A stretch of DNA of 64,000 bases, taken from NCBI GenBank assembly GCA_035327825.1, contig DAOLCO010000015.1, positions 586-64,585 on the forward strand, given 5' to 3'. The position numbers and the translations under genes are program-made. The notes under the pieces are model-generated. The model saw only the letters and a program-made list of their open reading frames with translations, was not told where the DNA came from and ran no database searches. Each line of letters starts with the position of its first letter. The stretch's first letter is position 1. Positions 28,361-36,264 of this stretch are shown here, piece after piece. Origin of the DNA: Oligoflexia bacterium (lineage in GTDB: Bacteria > Bdellovibrionota_C > UBA2361 > SZUA-149 > DAOLCO01).

Positions 28361-29833
28361 ATGACTTTTGCCAGAAAATCTTTATTAGCAATTACGACAT
28401 TTTTTTTATTGACTCTCCTGTCAAGTAACGCTTCTACTGCACAAGGTATTAACGATTCCCTCCCGGAGCATTTTGACGCAGAAGTGAGTATTCAGGTTTG
28501 CCCTGAATTTCAATTCGGGGGAATAGTTATAGATGTATTTTACAGAATTGGAGCAGACCCAGGCCTGATACCTGCAGAGATCATAAGCTCCACAATGAAC
28601 AATACAACTGGAATTTATAAACCAGTTATCCGCTTTCCTTCTTTTTATGGAACAACACCATTTTCAGTTGTAAGTTTCTGCAGATCGTTCAGGGGATTTA
28701 GCCCAGCTTCAAATGCAAGACAGGTTTCAAATTGCGATAGTCTTGCACGTTTCGACAGTGATGGAGACGGAATTCCAAACAACCTTGAAGATACCAACTG
28801 TGACAACTTCTTCAGCCCGGGGGATGCGAGCAACCCCTTTAACGTAGACACAGACGGAGACGGAGTCCGGGACCTTGTAGAATTAGTAGAAGGCACAGAC
28901 CCAAGCAATCCTGGCAGAAGCCCAAGACCATTTATATTTTCAGGTGGCTCCTTTGACCCAGACGGAAACGGAGCAAGTAATCCAGTTATCTGGAGACCCT
29001 CTACCGGCACATGGTTCATTAGAGGAGATGAGGGCAACAATCAAAATCAATCTTTTAACTTTGGGATAAATGGAGACATACCTTTTACCTACAGGGACAG
29101 GAACCAGGAATCAAACGTTGGAATAATTCGCCTTTCTGGTACAAGCTATCAATGGTTATTTAGAGGTAAAGGCTTCGGATTAAATGACGGAAGGGATCTT
29201 TCAATTTTATCGTTTGGAATTTTTGGAGATAATATTATTCCCGGCCCATGGGAAAAACCTGGTGTTACAAATCCAGCGACAGCAAGACTTTTTAATGGTG
29301 CATGGTCATTTCATATTCTGCTTTCTGACGGAACTGTTAAAAACATATTCTGGGGTGGGAATGGTGACCTCCCAAAACCACAGGATTTTGATGGGGACGG
29401 AATTTTTGATGTTGCGGTTTTTCGGCCAAGCGATCAAAAAACATACATTCTCCCCTCTTCACAACCTGGGACTGCTATAACGATTAACTTTGGATCAGGT
29501 ACCGCAGACCATACCGTTAGAGGTGACTACTCTGGAGATGGAAAAGATGAAATTTCCTTTTGGGAACCTTTAACCGGTAAGTTTACAAGTCTCTTGAGTG
29601 ACCATGGTTTTGATAGTGACAAGGCAAATGACAATGATCCATTACATCTTAAAGAGCTCACTTTAGGTGAATATTTTAATGACCTGCCCCTTTCATGGAA
29701 CTTTGACGGGTCAAGACATTTGTACACAGTCATAAATCATAAAACCGGAGTCCGAAAATATTTCCCGGATAATGACAGCACAAAATCACTTAAATCAATT
29801 CAATGGGGACTGCCCGGAGACTCACAGGGATAG
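28361..29833 (+). CDS. secreted calcium-binding-repeat protein with thrombospondin type 3-like and FG-GAP/VCBS-like repeats
   Basis: Start taken at MTFARKSLLAITTFFLLTLLSSNASTAQG (signal peptide). Repeats include DSDGDGIPNNLED, DTDGDGVRDLVE, DFDGDGIFDVAVFRPSD and DYSGDGKDEISFWEP. Confidence 0.65.
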   Translation: MTFARKSLLAITTFFLLTLLSSNASTAQGINDSLPEHFDAEVSIQVCPEFQFGGIVIDVFYRIGADPGLIPAEIISSTMNNTTGIYKPVIRFPSFYGTTPFSVVSFCRSFRGFSPASNARQVSNCDSLARFDSDGDGIPNNLEDTNCDNFFSPGDASNPFNVDTDGDGVRDLVELVEGTDPSNPGRSPRPFIFSGGSFDPDGNGASNPVIWRPSTGTWFIRGDEGNNQNQSFNFGINGDIPFTYRDRNQESNVGIIRLSGTSYQWLFRGKGFGLNDGRDLSILSFGIFGDNIIPGPWEKPGVTNPATARLFNGAWSFHILLSDGTVKNIFWGGNGDLPKPQDFDGDGIFDVAVFRPSDQKTYILPSSQPGTAITINFGSGTADHTVRGDYSGDGKDEISFWEPLTGKFTSLLSDHGFDSDKANDNDPLHLKELTLGEYFNDLPLSWNFDGSRHLYTVINHKTGVRKYFPDNDSTKSLKSIQWGLPGDSQG

Positions 29834-29858
29834 CCGTTTCATCACTGATTTAGTAATT

Positions 29859-30974
29859 ATGACAATAAGACTTGCAATTATTTACTTCTTTTTAATTTTT
29901 CCCTCTCTTAATGCCATAGCAGAGCCCTTAAAAATTGGTGTCCTTGTTCCTCTAAGCGGGAGCCTGGCCGATTTTGGAGTTGCATTTAAAAACGGAATGG
30001 ACCTTGCGGTCTCAGAAAAAACGAAAGAGCAAAGAGATTCAATAAATTTTATCCTTGAAGATTCTGCTTACGATTCAAAACTTTCTCTTTCAGGATTTAA
30101 CAAATTACTGACATCAGACAAGGTGGAAATTGTTTTTGTCTGGGGATCAACTCCAAGTGCCGTTGTGGCACCGCTTGCAGGTCATAAACAAATTCCTGTT
30201 CTGACTTTTACTGGAATTCCAGATATCAGCTCTAATAAAGACTATGTAATAGACTTTAGCAGCAGGCTGGAAGATTTTGGAAAACTAACCCTTTCTCACC
30301 TAAGAGCAAAAGGTCTTAAAAAGTTTGGCATAATTAAAACTGAAATCCACTATCTTGAAGCATTAACTGAAAGCATCAGGCTTGGCTTAAATAAAGACGA
30401 GTCCCTGATCATAATAGACTCGTTTCAACCGACATCGGATGCTAACTTTAACACAAGCATTATTAAAATCAGGCAGGCCCTAAAAAGAAATGAAATTGAC
30501 GCCCTTGGCGTTTTGCTAATGACCGGGCAACTTTCCACTTTTTTTCAAAAAATGAATCAGGCCAACATTAACATTGAAAAATTTGGCTCTGATTTTATGC
30601 TTCAGAACGACGAAATGAGAAAATCCGGCAAATCTTCTGTCGGATCTTTTTTTGCAACTATTGGAATAAATGAAGAATTTTTAAAAAAATATGTACGCAC
30701 CTACAATACCGATCAGCAAATATCATATGCAGCTCAAGGATATGATATTACCAATTTATTATATAGCGCTTATCAAAATGGAATTGATGACAAAGACCCA
30801 AAAAGAATTTTAAACAAACTTGAAAACATGGAACCCCTCATTGGTGTTCTTGGGAAAGCTGAATTTATTAAAGAAGATCCGTTAAAATTCAAAGATGCCG
30901 GTAAAAGATTTACTTTCCCTGTCATCATCAAAAAAGTAGTAGAAGATGGAAAAAGCATTGAAATCTCACCCTGA
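29859..30974 (+). CDS. periplasmic substrate-binding protein, type I PBP (Leu/Ile/Val-binding or ANF-receptor family); no linked permease or ATPase genes
   Basis: Start at MTIRLAIIYFFLIFPSLNAIA (signal peptide), then PLKIGVLVPLSGSLADFGVAFKNGMDLAV, typical of the LivJ-type family. Confidence 0.65.
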   Translation: MTIRLAIIYFFLIFPSLNAIAEPLKIGVLVPLSGSLADFGVAFKNGMDLAVSEKTKEQRDSINFILEDSAYDSKLSLSGFNKLLTSDKVEIVFVWGSTPSAVVAPLAGHKQIPVLTFTGIPDISSNKDYVIDFSSRLEDFGKLTLSHLRAKGLKKFGIIKTEIHYLEALTESIRLGLNKDESLIIIDSFQPTSDANFNTSIIKIRQALKRNEIDALGVLLMTGQLSTFFQKMNQANINIEKFGSDFMLQNDEMRKSGKSSVGSFFATIGINEEFLKKYVRTYNTDQQISYAAQGYDITNLLYSAYQNGIDDKDPKRILNKLENMEPLIGVLGKAEFIKEDPLKFKDAGKRFTFPVIIKKVVEDGKSIEISP

Positions 30975-32117
30975 ACCAGAAGGCAAGGGCAAATCATAAA
31001 CCCTTGGATCCCAGTAGTTTCTCGGATTATTGTGAGGCAAATGCAGGAGTAACTGCGTTTCGTAAAGATGGAGAATTACAACTTTGGTATCTTCCGTAAT
31101 ATGATCCAGGGAAAACCTGAAATCTTCATAATCCAGAATCGAAGTAAAAGAAGAAAAGTGATTCTGCAAACCTACACTGGGATACAATAACATAAACGAA
31201 TTTCCATACATTATAGTATCAGGCAATAACTGGCGGTCCTTTATAGTCGAATAAAACTTTACCTGTTTTGATCCACTTGATGGATGCTCCACCTCCTCTC
31301 TTCTATACAATTGAGGTGCACTGACAACCGGAACATCTTCCGAAAAACCATAAAAAAGTGGCATGGCAATATTTGCACTTCCACCACTAAAATTCTGATA
31401 CACAACTTTCGGAGTTTCCATTTCAGGTATTTCAAGATTAAACTTTTTATATAAGTGAGCCAAAATTGATCTTGATACCAGATCAGCACCAACGGTATTA
31501 AAATGAAGATCCGTTTTATAAAAAACTATTTTCTCCTTGTTTCTTTTTAAAATGTCATAAGCATCAATATAATCGATATCGTTATTTAAAAATGCTGCCT
31601 GGAACTTCTTAAGTGAAGATTCGTGTCTTTCAGGAATTCCGGATTGTGCAAATTTTTCTGGATAAACCGTAGATTTAAATGGAATAACTACAATCAAAAA
31701 ATGAATACCCTTTTGATCAAGGTAATGTTTGAACCTTGAAATCAGTTTAATAGTAATATCAATGTCACTATCAGCAAGAAGATCAGACGCAGGAAGAAGA
31801 TCATAAACAGATTTCTTGTCCACCTCCCATCCTTCAATTCCAGCAACCAACTCATCTGACACATTAAAAAGTGACCAGCGTAACTGATTCCAAAGTCTTA
31901 TATAAAATCCCTCAAACGAGTTATTTGAGCCAAACCACTGTTCCAGATTTCTGAAATATTCCATCTTAATATCGTTAACAGTCAAAGTCTCTGAAGGTGG
32001 AAAGGGAACAGATCCCTGCTTTACTGCCTGTCCAACTCTTACGCCTAAAATAGCAAGAATAATCGGGCTTAACAGAATTAAGGCAACAAAAATTATAGTA
32101 ATTTTTTTTAGAAACAT
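30966..32117 (-). CDS. AlgJ/AlgX/DltD-like SGNH-fold O-acyltransferase accessory protein (membrane-anchored, periplasmic)
   Basis: The ORF track starts at a TTG (32126); the first ATG is at 32115-32117 (MFLKKITIIFVALILLSPIILA.. signal/anchor). It lies 5 nt downstream of the MBOAT gene stop. Its size and position match an AlgJ/PatB-like partner of an AlgI-type MBOAT. Confidence 0.6.
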   Translation of the reverse strand: MFLKKITIIFVALILLSPIILAILGVRVGQAVKQGSVPFPPSETLTVNDIKMEYFRNLEQWFGSNNSFEGFYIRLWNQLRWSLFNVSDELVAGIEGWEVDKKSVYDLLPASDLLADSDIDITIKLISRFKHYLDQKGIHFLIVVIPFKSTVYPEKFAQSGIPERHESSLKKFQAAFLNNDIDYIDAYDILKRNKEKIVFYKTDLHFNTVGADLVSRSILAHLYKKFNLEIPEMETPKVVYQNFSGGSANIAMPLFYGFSEDVPVVSAPQLYRREEVEHPSSGSKQVKFYSTIKDRQLLPDTIMYGNSFMLLYPSVGLQNHFSSFTSILDYEDFRFSLDHITEDTKVVILHLYETQLLLHLPHNNPRNYWDPRVYDLPLPSGSG

Positions 32118-32122
32118 AAATT

Positions 32123-33526
32123 TCAAAACCTGAAGTAAATAAATGGATGAAACTCGTTACCAGCTATACTTGCCAAAGAAAGCACCAACAAGACCAGGGC
32201 CAAAGAAGCTTTTATCAAATTTGAAGAAAAAACCCTGTTAACCAGAAATGAATGCCCAGAAAAGAGAATCATAATAATTGCGATAAAATAAATCAGAATG
32301 ATATCTGTAGTTAAATGTGCTCTTGTTATCGGGTGAAATATAGGAAAAATATTTGTGGAAAACATATTACCAAGAAATCCAGAGAGAACATTCAGATTAT
32401 CACTTCTGAATATTGCCCAGCCGACTAGAACAAGAACAAAAGTGAGAATTGAACCAAAAACTCCTTTGGTTTCAAAATTGAAAACTGCGCTCATTATCCT
32501 CTCTATTGTTAGAAGTGTACCATGATACAATCCCCACAATATAAAATTGTACGAAGCTCCATGCCAGAACCCGCACAAGAAAAAGACAGTATATAAATTG
32601 AGATAGGTTCTTACCGCACCCATTCTGTTACCACCAAGAGGTATATATAAATAGTCCCTAAACCATCTTGAAAGCGTCATATGCCAACGGCGCCAAAAAT
32701 CAGTAATGCTTGTTGCTCGGTACGGGTTATTGAAATTTTCGGGGAAACGAAATCCCAAAGCAAGACCAATACCAATGGCCATATCTGAATAAGCAGAGAA
32801 ATCAAAATATATCTGTAGGGCATAAGAAAAGACACCAAACCATGAAATAAAGAAAGAAAGCTCATTAAGCGGAAGTGAAAAAATTGAATCCGCTATTCTG
32901 GCAAAGCTATCGGCAAGAAGAACTTTCTTGGAAAGACCAAAGCAGAATCTTACAGACCCCTCATAAAAAGCGCTGGACGTAACAGATCTATGGCGAATTT
33001 GATCCTTGATTTCAACAAACCTGACTATTGGTCCGGCAATTAATTGCGGAAAAGCTGAGAGATACATTCCAAAATCAATCAGCGATGGAGGAGATTCAAA
33101 CTCTCGCCTGTAAGCATCTATAACAGCAGACATTCCCTGAAATGTATAAAATGAAATGCCGATTGGTAAAACAATTTCAGCAAAATATCCTTCATACAAA
33201 TTACTGCCTGTGAAAAACATGGCAGCTTCCCTGACAAAAAAACTTAAATATTTGTAATATACCAACAAAAGAAGATTAACAGCGACCCCCGATAAGAGAA
33301 TTGCCCTTCTCTTTTTTCCTTTCGGCCTACATAATATTTTTGAAGTGTAATAATTAAAAACAATAGAAAAAATCATTATAAAAACGTACAAACCCGACCC
33401 AACCCAGTAGAAAAAAAGACTTGAAAACAAAATATAAAAATTTCTGATTCGATGAGGAATTATAAAATAGAAAAGAAAGAAAAGAGGCAGAAAGCAAAAC
33501 AGAAACAGAGTAGATGAAAATACCAA
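32123..33526 (-). CDS. MBOAT-family membrane-bound O-acyltransferase (AlgI/DltB/PatA-like)
   Basis: 467 aa, polytopic. Hallmark ..FWRRWHMTLSRWFRDYLYIPLGGNR.. with the conserved His. Confidence 0.85.
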   Translation of the reverse strand: MVFSSTLFLFCFLPLFFLFYFIIPHRIRNFYILFSSLFFYWVGSGLYVFIMIFSIVFNYYTSKILCRPKGKKRRAILLSGVAVNLLLLVYYKYLSFFVREAAMFFTGSNLYEGYFAEIVLPIGISFYTFQGMSAVIDAYRREFESPPSLIDFGMYLSAFPQLIAGPIVRFVEIKDQIRHRSVTSSAFYEGSVRFCFGLSKKVLLADSFARIADSIFSLPLNELSFFISWFGVFSYALQIYFDFSAYSDMAIGIGLALGFRFPENFNNPYRATSITDFWRRWHMTLSRWFRDYLYIPLGGNRMGAVRTYLNLYTVFFLCGFWHGASYNFILWGLYHGTLLTIERIMSAVFNFETKGVFGSILTFVLVLVGWAIFRSDNLNVLSGFLGNMFSTNIFPIFHPITRAHLTTDIILIYFIAIIMILFSGHSFLVNRVFSSNLIKASLALVLLVLSLASIAGNEFHPFIYFRF

Positions 33527-33567
33527 AATTCCTCGCTTAATGGATTAATATGAAAACTTTTAAAAAA

Positions 33568-34569
33568 TCAAACACTCGAATCAAATGCGGCTCTTCTATC
33601 AAATAGCGCATCAAGTCTTATTGAAAGAAAAGGTGTTCTTTTATAATCCCTGTCATCAGGAAAATCCATCCCGGGCTCAAGAACGATATAAAGCCACTGC
33701 TTTATTAATGGACCACGATAACGAAGCGAAACTCGGAATACATCAAACCTTGGATCAGGTTTTGTATAAGTAATAAAGGCCGCTGGAATTGAAAGGGTTT
33801 GATTCTCACTTAAACGGCTTAAATAAGAAAACTCCTCAAATAACTCCATGCCCCTGCTATTTTCGGACAAAAAGGCTTCGTTTCTGATTCTGAAAAAGCT
33901 GTCTTCTGTAAGAAATCTGTTAAAATCGAGACGAGTTCTACCTCCATAACCTTCCTTTCTTTCAAAAAATAATACCTGGGAAGGCTCCATAGACCAAAGC
34001 TCATTAAGCTCAAACCAGTAATTACCTCTTAAGCGAGCAAAGGGATTAAGACCTCCGGAAAATCGCATACCAGCATCGGCCGTTAGCTGATAATTATTAT
34101 TCTTCAGTATAAAATATCTGAGCGCGCCACTTCCACCATCGCGATTCGTTTGTCGAATAAAATCCTCTGCCTGTGGCGTATCCTCTAAACGCTCGCTTCC
34201 CTGATATGCATCACCATTTTCAGCCTCAAAAATTAGTCTTAATTTACTGGAAAGTTGCTCCAGATTGAACCCCGCACCTATTCTCTGTCTGAATCGCAAG
34301 TTATCAGAAGCCCTGAAACGAACCTCTAATCCCAACCTTATCCAGTCATCCGTTCTCTGCTCGATGCTTCTTGCATCATTAAAGAGTGCGTCTATTTCAT
34401 CTGTTAGCATGAATAGACGGGAGGAGATTTCGGATCTTCCTTCTTCGATAAGCTCCTCAACGGGTTCCAGTTCATCACTTTGCCCTTTTTCAGCAAATAC
34501 CAGGCTCGAATAAAATAAACATGCGGTTAAAATAAAAAAAAGGGCATTAATTAATTTTCTAAAATTCAT
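33568..34569 (-). CDS. exported protein of unknown function (third gene of the MBOAT cluster)
   Basis: 333 aa. Signal peptide MNFRKLINALFFILTACLFYSSLVFA. Abundant alternating aromatic/charged beta-like segments. Confidence 0.5.
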   Translation of the reverse strand: MNFRKLINALFFILTACLFYSSLVFAEKGQSDELEPVEELIEEGRSEISSRLFMLTDEIDALFNDARSIEQRTDDWIRLGLEVRFRASDNLRFRQRIGAGFNLEQLSSKLRLIFEAENGDAYQGSERLEDTPQAEDFIRQTNRDGGSGALRYFILKNNNYQLTADAGMRFSGGLNPFARLRGNYWFELNELWSMEPSQVLFFERKEGYGGRTRLDFNRFLTEDSFFRIRNEAFLSENSRGMELFEEFSYLSRLSENQTLSIPAAFITYTKPDPRFDVFRVSLRYRGPLIKQWLYIVLEPGMDFPDDRDYKRTPFLSIRLDALFDRRAAFDSSV

Positions 34570-34613
34570 TTAGACCTGAAGCAAATTAATATTTAGAACA
34601 AATTTCATCTTGA

Positions 34614-35639
34614 TTATAACGCCATACCAGAAATTAACTCAGCCTGCTCTCTAAGACTTGTAATTTCATCTGCCCAGTATTCAGAAGTTCCATAATCGGG
34701 AAAAGCACGCTTAAATGCCTGATCCTGATACCGCTTACCTATCCAGGCACTAAAGTGAACCATGCGAAGTGTTCTTAGAGGCTCTATAAGCTTCAAAGAT
34801 GAATAGTCAAAAGTCTTAAAAGTTTCATAAGCACCAAGGATTACTTCCTGCCTTCTTTTAGAATAATCATCCCTACCAGATTCAACAAGCCATATATCCT
34901 GCACTGGAGGCCCCACAACCATATCATCAAAATCAACCCAGAACAGCCCACTTGCACCATCAAGAAGATTTCCAAGGTGACAATCACCGTGAACTCTTTG
35001 AACGGCAATATTTTCCATTAGGGGCTCAATCATATCAAGCAGATCCTCTACCAGATCTATATAAGTTTTTTCGTGTTCAGTGGATAGGACATTCGCTGAA
35101 ATAATTGCATCAAGATTTTGATCACCATAGGTTTGGCAGTCAAGATGAAGTCGATGCAGACTTTCTCTCTTTTTTCCGATTACATGAAGCCTTGCCAGAA
35201 GTCGCCCGACAATTCCAAGCTGAGAGTCCTTTAATTCATCAACATTTCTGCCTCCAATTTTGGGAAACAGCGCTGCCATGAGATTTGTTTCCTTATCAAG
35301 ATAAATACTATGTTCCTCATCAAATCTGACAGGACATGCAACAGGATATTCCTCACTTGCAAGATCAAAAAGAAATTGATGCTCATCTGCTATCTGCTCA
35401 AAAGACCATCGTCCTGGACGATAAAACTTTATTATCCTGTACCTTGCAGGATCACTAACTGAAAGCTCATCTGTAGTATCAATCTCAACTTGATAAACAC
35501 GGTTTTCCATGCTGTTAAGGGCCATACTTCTTCCAGTGCACTTAAGACCGAAACGTTCAGCTACATCAAGAACCTTATCAGGACCAAGAGCAGTGAAAAA
35601 CTGAGTAGAGGAATCACCCCATGCTGTCTGAGAATCCAA
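34614..35639 (-). CDS. srkA: stress-response serine/threonine kinase SrkA (YihE/RdoA family)
   Basis: 341 aa. Motifs ..FYRPGRWSFEQIADEHQFLFDL.., HGDCHLGNLL (catalytic loop) and WVDFDD match SrkA. Confidence 0.75.
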   Translation of the reverse strand: MDSQTAWGDSSTQFFTALGPDKVLDVAERFGLKCTGRSMALNSMENRVYQVEIDTTDELSVSDPARYRIIKFYRPGRWSFEQIADEHQFLFDLASEEYPVACPVRFDEEHSIYLDKETNLMAALFPKIGGRNVDELKDSQLGIVGRLLARLHVIGKKRESLHRLHLDCQTYGDQNLDAIISANVLSTEHEKTYIDLVEDLLDMIEPLMENIAVQRVHGDCHLGNLLDGASGLFWVDFDDMVVGPPVQDIWLVESGRDDYSKRRQEVILGAYETFKTFDYSSLKLIEPLRTLRMVHFSAWIGKRYQDQAFKRAFPDYGTSEYWADEITSLREQAELISGMAL

Positions 35640-36228
35640 TTTTTTCTTCCTTCACTTTTATAGAAAAACGTTGACCCCTCTGATCATCAGGTAACATGGA
35701 GCGTTCTTTATTTAGTAAAAATTTCTTTATTCTCTCTCCAGCTTCATATCCACCCAGACTTCCATCTTGCCTGACAACCCTGTGACAAGGAATAAAAAGC
35801 TGGAAGGGATTTGATCCACAAGCATTGGCCACCGCCCTTGAGGAAGAGGGCCTACCTATTCTTAATGCAATTTCCTGATATGAAACTACAGTTCCATATG
35901 GAATCAGAGAAATAGCAGACCAAACCTCTTTCTGAAAATCAGATGCCGTGGCTGAATAACTAAAAACGAGTTCCTTAGAGTCTTTAAAACCACCATTAAA
36001 ATAGCCCTTAACCCAGGCTATATATGGCTCGTGCTTTCTGTCTATTAATTCATCCAGAGTGGAAAAATTATTATTTAATTCGTTCTCTTTAAGAAAGCGG
36101 GAGGAAGTAATTGAAAGTTCATTACCAGAAGATTTGACCCGGCTTGCATTTTTCTCAGAAAAAATTATCCGAAAAATGCCCGCAGGTGTATTAATATTGT
36201 ACTTAGCAGAGTCATTCGGCATTAACAA
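35614..36228 (-). CDS. ogt: methylated-DNA--protein-cysteine methyltransferase (Ogt/MGMT)
   Basis: 204 aa. The C-terminal domain has ..VSYQEIALRIGRPSSSRAVANACGSNPFQLFIPCHRVV.. (PCHR active-site cysteine). Confidence 0.85.
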   Translation of the reverse strand: MLMPNDSAKYNINTPAGIFRIIFSEKNASRVKSSGNELSITSSRFLKENELNNNFSTLDELIDRKHEPYIAWVKGYFNGGFKDSKELVFSYSATASDFQKEVWSAISLIPYGTVVSYQEIALRIGRPSSSRAVANACGSNPFQLFIPCHRVVRQDGSLGGYEAGERIKKFLLNKERSMLPDDQRGQRFSIKVKEEKIGFSDSMG

Positions 36229-36264
36229 AGGCGACCTAATTTATCCGGTTATTCAACGATCATT

